This document shows, in pieces, positions 11,118 to 21,726 of a stretch of 64,000 bases of DNA. The position numbers and the translations under genes are program-made. The notes beneath the pieces are model-generated. The model was not told the DNA's origin. It did no database searches and worked only from the letters and a program-made list of their open reading frames with translations. Origin of the DNA: Spirochaetia bacterium (lineage in GTDB: Bacteria > Spirochaetota > Spirochaetia > SZUA-6 > Bin103); NCBI GenBank assembly GCA_965203055.1, contig OZ241863.1, positions 1,120,001 to 1,184,000 of the forward strand. The letters are read 5' to 3'. Numbering within the stretch: position 1 is the stretch's first letter; each line of letters starts with the position of its first letter.

Positions 11118-14100
11118 GTGCTCGCCGACTACCCCTGGCAACTCAAGTACACGCCCGATGACGGCGACCTGGTGCGGTTGTTCTACGTGCCGGCGCTGCA
11201 GGAGGCGGAGCGCTACGACCGCCTGACCGGCTACTTCGACGCCGGCGCCCTGGCGCTCGCCGCGCGCGGCGTGGAAGGGTTGGTGCGCAACCGGGGCCGC
11301 ATGCGGCTGGTGGTCGGCTGCACCCTTGGTCCCGACGAAATCGATGCGCTCGACCGGGGTGAGGCGCTCCGCGAACAGGTAGAGCAGCGCCTGCACCGAC
11401 TGCCGCTGGCGCCGCCGGACGCGGCCGCGGCGGGCGCGCTGGAACTGCTGGCCTGGATGGTGGCGCGCGGGCACCTGGAGGTGAAGGCGGCGGTGCCGTG
11501 CGACGCCGAGCGGCGGCCGATCGCCGACGGCGCCCTGTTCCACGAGAAGACCGGCGTGATCGAGGACCGCGGCGGCGACCGCATCGCCTGGACCGGCAGC
11601 CTCAACGAGACCGCGGCCGGCTGGCAGCGCAACTGGGAGAGCATCAACGTCGCCACGAGCTGGGGCCCGGAACCGAAGCGGGTCGCCTGCGAGGAAGACA
11701 ACTTCGCGCGCCTGTGGGCCAACCGCGCGCGCCGCGCCATCGTGCTCGACGTGCCGGAGGCGGCGCGCCGCGACCTGCTGCGGTTCCTGCCGCCCGACGA
11801 CCGCCTGCCGGCGCGGCTGCGGGCGGACAGAGGCGCCGCGCCCGCGCACCCGGCGCACCCGGCAGGGCAGGCGTCGGTCCCGCAGCCGCCGCCCGCGCCC
11901 GGGCCGCCGGCGCACGACCGGCGCGGCCTGGTGTGGGCCTTCATCCGGGAGGCGCCGCGGCGCGCCGCCGGCGGCGAACGGGTGGGGGAGGCCACCGCCG
12001 CAGTGACGCCGTGGCCGCATCAGGTGCGCGCCTTCGAGCGCCTCTACCGGCAGTGGCCGCCGAAGCTGTTGATCGCCGACGAGGTGGGGCTGGGCAAGAC
12101 GATCCAGGCCGGCCTGCTGCTGCGCCAGGCGTGGCTCGCCGGGCGCGCGCGGCGCATCCTGATCCTGGCGCCGCGCGCGGTGCTGCCGCAGTGGCAGTTG
12201 GAGCTGCGCGAGAAGTTCAACCTCAACTGGCCGATCTACGACGGGCGCCGGCTGCTGCGCTATCCCTCGCCGGCGGTGCGCGGGCGCGCGGAGCGGGCGG
12301 TGGAGCCGGACCGCTGGCATGCCGAGCCGGCGGTAATCGCCTCCAGCCAGCTCCTGCGGCGGCGCGGGCGCGCGGCGGCGCTGCTGCAGGCGGAGCCGTG
12401 GGACCTGGTGGTGGTCGACGAGGCGCACCACGCGCGGCGGCGGGCGGCGGGGTCGGCGCGCGAGGGCGGACCGAACGCCCTGCTGCGGCTGCTGCGCCCG
12501 CTCCGCGAGCGGACCGCCGGCCTGGTGCTGCTCACCGCCACGCCGATGCAGGTGCATCCGGTCGAGGTGTGGGACCTGCTGAGCCTGCTGGGCCTGCCGC
12601 CGGAGTGGACGCAGGAGGCGTTTCTGCAGTTCTTCAGGGACGTGGCCGAGCCGAATCCGTCGGCCGCGGCGCTGGACCGCATGGCGCGGCTGTTCCAGGC
12701 GGCCGAACGCGCCTATGGCAGGGCCTCCGCCGAGGAGGTGCGGCGGCTGACCGGGCTGTCGCCGCTGAAGGCCAATCAGGTGCTGCGCGCGCTGCGCGAC
12801 GCGGCCAGCATCCCGCGCCGCCAACTGGAGACCCCGGAGCGCCGTGCGGCGCTGGCCGTGCTGCGGGCGCGCACGCCGCTGCGCCATCTCATCTCGCGCC
12901 ACACCCGCGAGCTGCTGCGCCGCTACTTCCGGGACGGCCTGCTTTCCACCCCGATCGCCGAGCGCCGGGTGGAGGATCGGTTCATCGACCTGAGCGCCGC
13001 CGAGCGGGAACTCTACGAGGCGGTGGAGCGCTACATTGCCACCAGCTACGCGCGGGCGGGCGCTGCCGAACGGTCCGCGGTGGGGTTCGTGATGACCATC
13101 TACCGCCGCCGCCTGGCGAGCAGCTTCCGGGCGTTGCGCGCCACCCTGGAGCGCCACCGCGCCGCGCTCGGCGCCGGCGGCGGGCCGCGGCCGGCCGGCG
13201 CCGCGGAGCTGGAGGAGGACGCGCCCGACGACGCGGCGAGCGAGGAGGCGCTGGACGCCGACGAGGTGGGCGACCGCGAGCGGAGCGCGCTGGCCGCCGC
13301 GCAGCGCGGGGAGATCGAGCTCCTGCTGGCCGCCATCGCGCGCCTGCCGCCGGACGGCAAGCTGGGGCACCTGCGCCGGGTGGTCGCCGGCCTGCGCCGC
13401 GCCGGCTACCGGCAGGCGATGGTGTTCACCCAGTACACCGCGACCATGGAGTTCCTGCGCGACGAGCTGAGCCGGGACGGCGGCCTGCGGCTGCTCTGCT
13501 TCTCCGGGCGCGGCGGCGAGGCGCCGGCCGCCGACGGTACGTGGCGCGCCATCGGCCGCGACGACGCCCGGCGCCGCTTCCGGGACGGAGAGGCGGACCT
13601 GCTGCTCTGCACCGACGCCGCCGCCGAGGGGCTCAACTTCCAGTTCTGCGGCGCGCTGATCAACTACGACATGCCGTGGAATCCGATGCGGGTGGAGCAG
13701 CGCATCGGCCGCATCGACCGCCTGGGGCAGGCGCATCCGGTCATCCGCATCGTCAACCTGCACTACGAGGGCACCGTGGAGACCGACGTCTACCGCGCCC
13801 TGCGCAGTCGCATCGGCTTGTTCGAGAACGTGGTGGGCCGGCTGCAGCCGATCCTGGCGCAGGTGCCGCAGGCGATTTCCGGCGCGGTACTGGCCGGCGG
13901 ACCGAGTGGCGGACCGGGCGCCGGGCCGGCGGAGCGCGGCGCCGCCGCGGTGGAGGCGCTGGAACGGGACGCCGCGGCGGCCGAGGCCGGCGGCTTCGAC
14001 CTGGACGCCGCGCTGGGCGAGGAGCTCACCCTGCCGCCGCGGGAGGCGCCGGCGCTCACGCTGGACGACCTGGAGCGGGTGATCGCCGACCCCGGCCTGC

Positions 14101-14330
14101 TGCCGCCGGGCAACGACGCGCAACCGCTGGGACCGCGCGAGTTCGGCCTGCTCGCGCCCGGCATGGGCGCGCCGGTGCGGGTCACCACCGACCCCGCCTA
14201 CTACGCGGAGAACGCGGAAAGCGTCGAGCTGTGGTCCCCCGGCAACCCGCTGTTCCGCCCGCCCGACTACCTGCCGCCGGCGTCCGCCCTGCCCCCGAAC
14301 GCCGCCCTTCCCGACCTGCTGGACCGCTGA
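11118..14330 (+). CDS. PLD-like nuclease domain fused to SNF2-family helicase
   Basis: FHEKTGVIED...TGSLNET (HxK/GSxN), LIADEVGLGKT, DEAHH, TATP, AAAEGLNFQ, QRIGRIDR. Starts 2 bp after the methylase stop. Confidence 0.9.
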   Translation: MLADYPWQLKYTPDDGDLVRLFYVPALQEAERYDRLTGYFDAGALALAARGVEGLVRNRGRMRLVVGCTLGPDEIDALDRGEALREQVEQRLHRLPLAPPDAAAAGALELLAWMVARGHLEVKAAVPCDAERRPIADGALFHEKTGVIEDRGGDRIAWTGSLNETAAGWQRNWESINVATSWGPEPKRVACEEDNFARLWANRARRAIVLDVPEAARRDLLRFLPPDDRLPARLRADRGAAPAHPAHPAGQASVPQPPPAPGPPAHDRRGLVWAFIREAPRRAAGGERVGEATAAVTPWPHQVRAFERLYRQWPPKLLIADEVGLGKTIQAGLLLRQAWLAGRARRILILAPRAVLPQWQLELREKFNLNWPIYDGRRLLRYPSPAVRGRAERAVEPDRWHAEPAVIASSQLLRRRGRAAALLQAEPWDLVVVDEAHHARRRAAGSAREGGPNALLRLLRPLRERTAGLVLLTATPMQVHPVEVWDLLSLLGLPPEWTQEAFLQFFRDVAEPNPSAAALDRMARLFQAAERAYGRASAEEVRRLTGLSPLKANQVLRALRDAASIPRRQLETPERRAALAVLRARTPLRHLISRHTRELLRRYFRDGLLSTPIAERRVEDRFIDLSAAERELYEAVERYIATSYARAGAAERSAVGFVMTIYRRRLASSFRALRATLERHRAALGAGGGPRPAGAAELEEDAPDDAASEEALDADEVGDRERSALAAAQRGEIELLLAAIARLPPDGKLGHLRRVVAGLRRAGYRQAMVFTQYTATMEFLRDELSRDGGLRLLCFSGRGGEAPAADGTWRAIGRDDARRRFRDGEADLLLCTDAAAEGLNFQFCGALINYDMPWNPMRVEQRIGRIDRLGQAHPVIRIVNLHYEGTVETDVYRALRSRIGLFENVVGRLQPILAQVPQAISGAVLAGGPSGGPGAGPAERGAAAVEALERDAAAAEAGGFDLDAALGEELTLPPREAPALTLDDLERVIADPGLLPPGNDAQPLGPREFGLLAPGMGAPVRVTTDPAYYAENAESVELWSPGNPLFRPPDYLPPASALPPNAALPDLLDR

Positions 14331-14460
14331 ACCGCCCGCCGCCTGCTTGCATGCAACCGTGGTCCGGCAACCGCAACCACCGCCAGCCCGGAGTGAGGTG
14401 GTCCCGGAAAATTGGACAGGAGGTTAAGGTGTATTCCAGGCCATGAGGAGGGCCGATGGG

Positions 14461-14745
14461 ATGGCGACGAAACGACGCCGATTCACAGCACAGTTCAAAG
14501 CCAGGGTGGCGCTGGAGGCGTTCCGCGGGGACCGCACGATCCAGGCGATCGCGGCCAAGCACCAGGTTCATCCGAATCAGGTCAGCGTCTGGAAGCGGCA
14601 AGCCCAGACCGGGCTCGAAGAACTGTTCGCCGCGACCGCCAAGCGCGGCCCCGCCGAGCAGGAGGCGCTCATCCATGACCTCCATGCCAAGATCGGCGAG
14701 TTGACCGTGGAGCGCGATTTTTTAGCGCGCGGGCTCGATCGCTGA
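14461..14745 (+). CDS. IS3 transposase OrfA (HTH)
   Basis: MATKRRRFTAQFKARVALEA...HQVHPNQVSVWKRQ. Confidence 0.9.
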   Translation: MATKRRRFTAQFKARVALEAFRGDRTIQAIAAKHQVHPNQVSVWKRQAQTGLEELFAATAKRGPAEQEALIHDLHAKIGELTVERDFLARGLDR

Positions 14746-14765
14746 GCCCGGAGCAACGACGGCTG

Positions 14766-15600
14766 ATGGTTGACCGCGAGCATTCGAGTCTCAGCTTGAG
14801 TCGGCAGTGCCGGCTGCTCGGCGTATGCCGCTCGGCCCTGTACTACCGACCGCGCGGAGCCAGCGCGGCGACGCTCAGCTTGATGCGCCGCATCGACGAG
14901 TTGTACCTGAAGTACCCGTTCTACGGCAGTCGGCAGCTGGCCCGGCATCTGGCGCGGGAAGGGGTAACGGCGGGGCGCCACCGGGTGCGGCGGCTGATGC
15001 GGCTGCTGGGGTTGGAGGCGATCTACCGCAAGCCGCGCACCACGGTGCCGAACCCGGACCATCAAGTGTATCCGTATCTGTTGAGAGGGCTTACCATTAC
15101 GCGACCGAATCAGGTGTGGTGCGCAGACATCACCTATATCCCGGTGCAGGACGGGTACCTGTACTTGGTGGCGGTGATGGACTGGGCGAGTCGGCGGGTG
15201 CTGGCCTGGGAACTGGCGAATACGCTGGACAGCGAGTTCTGCCTGCTGGCGTTGGCACAGGCGCAGGAGCGCTACGGCAAGCCGGAGGTCTTCAACACCG
15301 ATCAGGGCAGCCAGTTCACCAGCAGGGCGTTCACGGGGCAGTTGGAGGCGGCCGGGATACGCTGCTCGATGAGACGGTCGTGGGCGCTGCCTGGACAACG
15401 TGTTCATCGAGCGGCTGTGGCGGTCGTTGAAGTATGAGGCGGTGTACCTGCACGAGTTGGCGGACGGCTTCGCGGCGCAGCGCGTGATCGCGGAGTGGAT
15501 GGAGTTCTACAACGAGGTACGCCCCCACTCGGCGCTGGACGGGCGGACGCCGGCGGAGGCGTACTGCGGCGTGGCGGCGCCGGCCGGGCAGGTGGCGTAG
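14766..15600 (+). pseudogene. IS3 transposase OrfB (DDE), frameshifted at about 15372
   Basis: WCADITY, NTDQGSQFTS. An extra A in ATGaGACGGT breaks MDGRGRCLDNVFIERLWRSLKYE, which is intact in the second copy at 39.4 kb. Confidence 0.85.
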
Positions 15601-15837
15601 CGAGATGGGGGGTGCAAACTGCAAGCACCGGGAACGGAGCGAGTGGCTGCGCACCGCGGAGCGGGAGTTGTCCACATATCCACAGGGACAGCTACCCCCG
15701 CCCCGGACCCCACCCCCGGTTTACCGCCGCCTGATTTGCAGAGGGAGGGGTAGGTTGACAACCGACGGATACACCTTAACCTACCCCTCGGACTGTCTAA
15801 CCAACCGGGACCACCTCAGCCGACCGCGACCCGCTAA

Positions 15838-18800
15838 CTAACCGTGCTGCAGGATTTCTTCGATGGCCAGTTGGCCGGCGTCCAGTTCCCGGTTGGCCTG
15901 CTCCAGCTTGTCGCGGCTGGAGACGACGCACACCGCGCTGCGCGGGAAGCCGGCCGCGAGCGCCTGCTGCAGGGCCTGCCGCACTTCGGCGGCGGTGGTG
16001 GCCTTGAGGCGTTCGTGGCGCGCCTCGCGCAGCTCGGGGGTGATGCCGGCCAAGTGGCGTTGCAGGGCGAGGCCGGTGGCCGGGCGCGGGCGCAGCGGCG
16101 TGAAGCCGCGCTTGGCGACGGCGATGACGGCGCGTCCGACGTCGCTCTCGTTCCAGTTGGCGGCGGCCACGTAGTCGCGCGTCCGGCGGAACACGTCCAG
16201 GGTGCGGGTGACGTGCGGGTCGCGGTAGGAGCCCAGCGCAAGCGAACCACCGAGGGCGTCGTAGCGGAACCAGGCGCCGTAAGCATTGCCCTTGAAGCGG
16301 ATCTCCGGGAGGATCCAGTCCAGGTTCACGATGTGGGCTCCAACCTCCAACGGCACCGCCCCCGGCTGCGAGAAGTGGGGCGCCGGCATCACCTGGGCGC
16401 AGTACGCCACGTCCATCTGCGCGGCCAGCCCTTCGCGCGGCGGAGCCGCGTAGGGCGTGAAGCCGAGGTCGACGTCGCTGATCGGCTCGGCCCGCAGCCG
16501 TTCGCCCCAGCTTGCCAGCGCCGCGGCCACGCGCCCGGCGCCGCGTTCGGTGCCGGTATGGCTCACCGTCAACCGACCGCGCACCAGCAGAAAGTCGCGG
16601 ATCTGCTCGATGCGCTCGGTCAACGCCGCGTATTCCTGGTCGAACGCGCCGGTCAGCCGCTCGCACAGCGCCAACTGCGGCAGCCCGTTTACGATTTCCG
16701 CCAGATGCCCCTCCAGGTCGAGGCCGCGTCCGGCGTGCAGGCTCGCGGTTCGGGCCCCGCCGCGCACCAGGCCGGTGCGGTATCTCATGCGCGCCTGCAC
16801 CAGTACCTCCTGCAGCCGCGCGCGGTCGCGCGGGTCGACCGAGAACACCACGCGGTCGAGGATCGCCAGGGCATCTTCCATCTGGTCGTCGAGCGCCTTC
16901 AGACTGAAGCGCACCCCGCGCAGGATGCGGCCGGCGGCCGCGCTGTGGGCGCTCAGCGACACTGACGCGCTGATCCCGCCGGTGGCCGCGGCCTTGCGCC
17001 TCGCCACCTCCTCGTAGCCGGCTCCGGCGACGCCCAGCTTGGCGGCAGCCTCCAGGTAGCGCGGCAGGAACGGCCACAACTCCGCCGGCAGCCCGGTGAG
17101 GTCGAAGTCCAGCGCCAGGTAGTTGACGCCGTTGGAGAACACGTCGTTGCGCAGCAGCGTGATCCCCGCCACCTCGCTCACCGCGGTGGGGACGTGCTGC
17201 AGCGCCGCGGGCAGATCATCCACGCGGAGCTGCGGCAGGCTGGCGAGCTGCGCCGGCGTGTTGGGCGTGCTGTTGAGCTGTTCCAACTCCGCGGCGTCGG
17301 CCGCGGCCTGGGCGATCTGAGCCTCGCTCATCTCCCGTTCGAGGCTCTGCACGCGCGCCGCCAGCCGTTGGTCGAACCGTTCCTGCATGGCGCGGTCGGG
17401 CCGCAACACCATGTTCAGCCGGTGCGGATTGTCCAACAGCCGTTCGCGCAACAGGCGCCCGAACAGGTCCGGCTCCTGCGCCCATTGCGCGCGGCAGGTC
17501 TCGAGATGCGTGCCGAGGCGCAGGAAGCTCAGCGGATCCTCGCCGTAGAGCCAGCTTCCGACCACCCGGAACAGGGTGTGCAACGGGAACAGGGGCTGCA
17601 CTTCGAGATATTCGAAGGCGGCTTGGCGGAAGGCGGTCTCCACCAGCTCGGGACTGATGCCGGTGTCGGCGACGCGCTGCAGGGTGCTGTCCACCAGCTC
17701 GCGGAACTGGCCGGCGCGGTCACTCTCGCTGCCGCGCAGGCCGATCAGGAAGGTGGCCTCGCGGCCCACCGAGGAGCTGCCGGAGTAGGTGAGGTCGGCG
17801 CCCAGCCTGGATTGCACGATCGCCTTGCGCAACGGCGCCGCCTCGTTGCCGGCCAGGATCAGCGACAGAATGCGCATCAGGGCGGCGTCCACCGGATCGA
17901 GGGCGTCGCCGGTCAGCCAGGCGTTGACCAGATAGGTACGTTCCGCTTCCGGCTCCGCGGCGCCGATCGGGTAGCTCTCGCGCAGCACGCGCGGTTCGCT
18001 CCAGCGCTGCTGGCGGGCGGGCGCGAACGCATCCGCGCCGGCGCCCGGCGGCCAGCTCACCGGGCGGCGCGTGAAGTCGCTCAGCCGCGCGCCGAGGAAG
18101 CGGCAGTAGTCGGCGGTCGCGATGTCGCCGTAGGCGAAGAAGTAGGCGTTGCTCGGATGGTAGTAGGTGGCGTGGTAGCGGCGGAAGAAGTCGTAGTCGA
18201 GGTCGGGGATCGCCTCCGGCGTGCCGCCGCTCTCATGGGAGTAGATGGTGTCGGGCAGCAGGTTGTGGTTGAGCTGCCGCCCGAGGCATGCATCCGGGTC
18301 GGAAAAGGCGCCCTTCATTTCGTTGTACACGATACCGCTGATCGCCAGCCGGCCGGCGCCGCCGCCGTTCGCCTCGCCGCGCGGCGTCAGGTGATGGCCC
18401 TCGCGGCGGAAGGTCTGCTCGGTCAGCAGCGGATGGAAGACGGCGTCGAAGTACACCTCGGCGAGGTTGAACAGGTCCTTGGCGACGTTGCTGGCCACCG
18501 GATAGTAGGTGCTGTCCTCGCCGGTCATGGCGTTGATGAAGGTCGCCATGCTCATCTTGATCATTTCGAAGAACGGTTCGCGCACCGGAAAGCGCCGCGA
18601 GCCGGCCAACACGCAATGCTCCAGGATGTGCGCCACGCCGGTGTCGTCGGGGGGCGGCGTCGGGAAGCTCACCGAGAACAGGTTCTCGGGGTCGGCGGTG
18701 TGCAGGTGCAGGAGCCGCGCGCCGCTGGCCGGATGCTCCAGCAGATAGGCGACGGAGCGCACTTCGGGCACGGGGGCGGCGCTGCGCAGGCGAAATCCGT

Positions 18801-18846
18801 GCAGCTCGGCGCCGGGTTGGTGGGTGACGGCCGGAGTCTGAGACAT
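15838..18846 (-). CDS. M16C insulinase-family metallopeptidase (presequence protease-like)
   Basis: GVAHILEHCVLAGS (inverted HXXEH), FINAMT, GIVYNEMKG, IRFKGNAYGA, SYRDP. Confidence 0.92.
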   Translation of the reverse strand: MSQTPAVTHQPGAELHGFRLRSAAPVPEVRSVAYLLEHPASGARLLHLHTADPENLFSVSFPTPPPDDTGVAHILEHCVLAGSRRFPVREPFFEMIKMSMATFINAMTGEDSTYYPVASNVAKDLFNLAEVYFDAVFHPLLTEQTFRREGHHLTPRGEANGGGAGRLAISGIVYNEMKGAFSDPDACLGRQLNHNLLPDTIYSHESGGTPEAIPDLDYDFFRRYHATYYHPSNAYFFAYGDIATADYCRFLGARLSDFTRRPVSWPPGAGADAFAPARQQRWSEPRVLRESYPIGAAEPEAERTYLVNAWLTGDALDPVDAALMRILSLILAGNEAAPLRKAIVQSRLGADLTYSGSSSVGREATFLIGLRGSESDRAGQFRELVDSTLQRVADTGISPELVETAFRQAAFEYLEVQPLFPLHTLFRVVGSWLYGEDPLSFLRLGTHLETCRAQWAQEPDLFGRLLRERLLDNPHRLNMVLRPDRAMQERFDQRLAARVQSLEREMSEAQIAQAAADAAELEQLNSTPNTPAQLASLPQLRVDDLPAALQHVPTAVSEVAGITLLRNDVFSNGVNYLALDFDLTGLPAELWPFLPRYLEAAAKLGVAGAGYEEVARRKAAATGGISASVSLSAHSAAAGRILRGVRFSLKALDDQMEDALAILDRVVFSVDPRDRARLQEVLVQARMRYRTGLVRGGARTASLHAGRGLDLEGHLAEIVNGLPQLALCERLTGAFDQEYAALTERIEQIRDFLLVRGRLTVSHTGTERGAGRVAAALASWGERLRAEPISDVDLGFTPYAAPPREGLAAQMDVAYCAQVMPAPHFSQPGAVPLEVGAHIVNLDWILPEIRFKGNAYGAWFRYDALGGSLALGSYRDPHVTRTLDVFRRTRDYVAAANWNESDVGRAVIAVAKRGFTPLRPRPATGLALQRHLAGITPELREARHERLKATTAAEVRQALQQALAAGFPRSAVCVVSSRDKLEQANRELDAGQLAIEEILQHG

Positions 18847-18901
18847 GAGACGGCGCTACCGTAGTGCCTTACCCGCCCTCATGCAACCGCCAGGCAGGCA
18901 C

Positions 18902-19976
18902 GGGCACACTTCCAAAATGTAGGTAAGCGTCAGGCCGCTTGGCGGCCAAGCCCAAGTCTCAGTGATCACCGGTCTACCGGCGCCTGACGATCCTCGCCGG
19001 GGCGGCCGCATCCGGCGCCGGCGTGGCGGTAGCGGTGATGGGCGGCGCACAGCAGGCGGAGATTGTTCGGCTCGGCGGCGCCGCCGCAGGCATACGGCAC
19101 GACGTGATCGATCTGCAGCAGGTGTTGGGAGCCGCAACGGCGCCCGCTGGTGCGGTCCACGTAGCGGCAGCGGCCGCGGTCGCGCCGCCAGACCTCGCGC
19201 TTGACCGCCGCCGGGATGGCACGGCCGGTCACGCCGCCGGCCTTCGCTGCCGAAGTTTCGGTCCGCGCCGGCGGCGCGGGCTGCGCCACGCCCGCCGTCG
19301 CAGCCTGCCGGCCGAGGCGCCGCGTCTTCGGCGCCGAAGTGGCGTCGGTCGCCGGCTTCGCTGCCGAAGTGTCCGGGCGGTCAGCGGCTTCCTCTCCCGG
19401 CTCCGCCGCCGCCTGAGCCGATACCTTCGCCGCCGAAGGAGCGGCGCTGTCCGCGCCGCGAGCCGAGGCCGCCTGCGTCTTCGCCGCCGAAGTTTGCTCG
19501 GCTCCTATGGCCGGCGCGGCGCGCCGCCCGCGCGGCGGCCGGGCCGGATCGTGGCGGTCGAGCCCTTCCCGCACCAGCCGCCCCATGAGCTGCCCCATCG
19601 TCATGCGCGGATCGACGTGGGACAGGAGGCCCTGGAGCCGCTCCAAGCCGCGCCGGCACTCATCGTCGATCACCGCCTTGAGCTCCCAGCGCCCGCCGCC
19701 CAGGGGCCGCACCCGATCCGCCGGCGCCAGCTCCGGGTCCACCTCGGCCAGCAACTGCATCACCTGCCGGCTGCTCTTGCCGGACGCCTGCTCCACCAGC
19801 TCCCGCCGCGCCTCCGGGTCCAGCACCGGCGCCGGCGCCGGCTTCCGCTCCGCCGGCCGCGGCGGCGCCGAGCCGTTCTGCGACTGAGCGGCAGCCCCGC
19901 ACCCGGTCCCGCGCGGCGCGCTACGCGCCGCGCGTTCCTTCTTGCGCTCCTGCCGGTCGAACGCATGCTGCAACTC
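18902..19976 (-). mobile_element. 5'-truncated second copy of the HNH-encoding element at 45455-47141
   Basis: Near-identical protein from QHAFDRQERKKE to the C-terminal HNH, plus the shared 3' non-coding end finishing in GAAGTGTGCCC (18912-18902). Confidence 0.85.
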
Positions 19977-19991
19977 TGCGTGCGCCGAATG

Positions 19992-20234
19992 TCAGGGTAT
20001 TATTTTTCTATCTTTCTTTGAATAATAGGAGAGCGGACTACGTTTCTTCGTGTATTTGATGTAATTTTGGTGCCGTGATAAACTAAAACCATAATGGTTT
20101 TTTATTTTTGTTCTTATTTCGCTTCCATCTTTTAGATAAAGAACAATTTCTGGAATACGTTCAGAAGTAGTTTCAATTTTTACTTCTTCCATTGAAAAGA
20201 TAGTTAGAACTGATTCAATTAATTGTTTTGACAT
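19992..20234 (-). other. Very AT-rich foreign fragment with an 80-aa ORF of unknown function
   Basis: About 30% GC by hand count of two lines, against very high GC in the flanks. ORF MSKQLIESVLTIFS... Confidence 0.55.
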
Positions 20235-20249
20235 TTATAAACCCCCAAT

Positions 20250-20525
20250 TCAGATGCAATCGTGCACACGGCGCGTGGTTGCCGACGGCTGCTTCCGCAT
20301 CCACGAGCAGCACTACCAGCTGGTCAGGTGGAGTTCCGGTAACCGCGTTGTGAAAGCGTTCGAATGTCTGCTGACGGCTACCGCACGGGACGAGCTCCAA
20401 CGCAGCGACTTCGCTCTGGCCTGCTGCTTGATCGGGCGGAGAAATGCATCCATGCCTCGTCGTAGCGCAACCAAGGTGTCCCTACCGTCTCCCCCGCCTT
20501 CCAGGTAGATGGTGATGCCGTTCAC
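20250..20525 (-). pseudogene. DUF4276-like (Toprim-fold) partner of the ATPase, frameshifted near 20396 and truncated
   Basis: MNGITIYLEGGGD...LRW then, in another frame, LVPCGSRQQTFERF...VLLVDAE. Its start overlaps the ATPase stop. Confidence 0.75.
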
Positions 20526-21712
20526 GGATTGGCGCCTAGTTCACCCATTCGCCACAGGTCGCCGAGTCGATATTCGTCCAGCCAACTGCTCAGACGCTCG
20601 GGGTCGAGCCGGCGCAGGACGGTGCCCTCGCCGGGACGCTCGCAGGTGAGCACGGCTTCCGGCTGGCCGGTCAGTTCCGAGATCAGCGCATCCGAGTGGG
20701 TGGTCACGATCAGTTGCATGCGCGCGGATGCCTCGACCAGGATCTCGGCGAACAGCGCCACCGCGTCGGGGTGCAGGCCGAGCTCCGGTTCTTCGATGCA
20801 TACCAGCGGCGGCGGAGACGGAGACAGAAGCACCGCCAGAATGGCGATGAAGCGGATCGTGCCATCCGACAGGCGCGTCGCCGGTACCGGCGCGCGAAAG
20901 CCCGTTTCGTGCAGATAGAACTGGACAGTGCCGCCGGAGATGCGGGTCGACATCCGTTCATAGCGAGGAAAGAACCGCGCCAGCAAGTCATCGAATCTGC
21001 GGCCGTCCCGGTGCTCGATCTGATTCAGCACCAATGCCAGGTTGCTTGCGTCGTCGAGCAGTCGGTCTTCGGGGTGATCCGTTCGTTGTGGCTGCCGCAG
21101 CGGCGTATAACGGCCGAACGTCCATTCCCGGAACGTCCGCATGGCGCCGAAACGCTCGCCGAGCCACGTAATCTCGGGATACACGTCGGGATCCTTGCGC
21201 TGCGCCATGACTGACTGATCCGGCAACAGCTTTTCCCGCTGGAGATGCCGAGTATAACCGGGTCCACCGCCGGAGGTATCCTTTACGTTGATGGCGGGTA
21301 GCCCGCGTTGGAAACGATAGTAGAAGTAAACATCGGCCTTTCCGGGTTCAGCGACGGTCTCCTCAATCGCCTCATCCAGCACTTCGACGCGTCCTCCCAC
21401 GGCCGTGAACTCGAGGCGGTAGCGCAGCGGCCGGTGGGTTGGCGTGCCGGTCCCCAACTCGACGTCGATCGTGGCCGCCCGATCCCCTGGTCCTTGTCCC
21501 TTCCACAGCCACTCTTGCGGACCGCCGCCGTCGCGAATCGCGGCCGCCAAGTTGGCAGGAGTCGCGTGGAGCAGCTCCACGGCTTCGATCACGTTCGACT
21601 TGCCCGCTCCGTTGGGGCCGATCAGGACGTTCAGCGGCTCAAGTTCGATGGCCTCCGATCCGGGCGCGAATGACAGGAACGAATCGAGATGGAGTCGTTG
21701 GATGGTCTTCAT
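20522..21712 (-). CDS. ABC/AAA_21-type ATPase (AbiEii-like)
   Basis: LIGPNGAGKSN, LSDGT, IEEPELGLHP, TTHS. Confidence 0.9.
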   Translation of the reverse strand: MKTIQRLHLDSFLSFAPGSEAIELEPLNVLIGPNGAGKSNVIEAVELLHATPANLAAAIRDGGGPQEWLWKGQGPGDRAATIDVELGTGTPTHRPLRYRLEFTAVGGRVEVLDEAIEETVAEPGKADVYFYYRFQRGLPAINVKDTSGGGPGYTRHLQREKLLPDQSVMAQRKDPDVYPEITWLGERFGAMRTFREWTFGRYTPLRQPQRTDHPEDRLLDDASNLALVLNQIEHRDGRRFDDLLARFFPRYERMSTRISGGTVQFYLHETGFRAPVPATRLSDGTIRFIAILAVLLSPSPPPLVCIEEPELGLHPDAVALFAEILVEASARMQLIVTTHSDALISELTGQPEAVLTCERPGEGTVLRRLDPERLSSWLDEYRLGDLWRMGELGANP

Positions 21713-21726
21713 GGCAGCCGCGCGGA

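Larger units (their letters stand above)
14394..15818 (+). mobile_element. IS3-family insertion sequence
   Basis: Terminal IRs TGAGGTGGTCCCGG (14394) and CCGGGACCACCTCA (ending 15818), orfA/orfB layout, T-TTT-TTA slippery site at 14718-14724. Confidence 0.92.

Noticed and set aside
15668..15685. DnaA-box-like TTGTCCACA/ATATCCACA as a replication origin
   Set aside because: Lies inside the IS3 end and recurs in the second IS copy. No dnaA or AT-rich unwinding element nearby.
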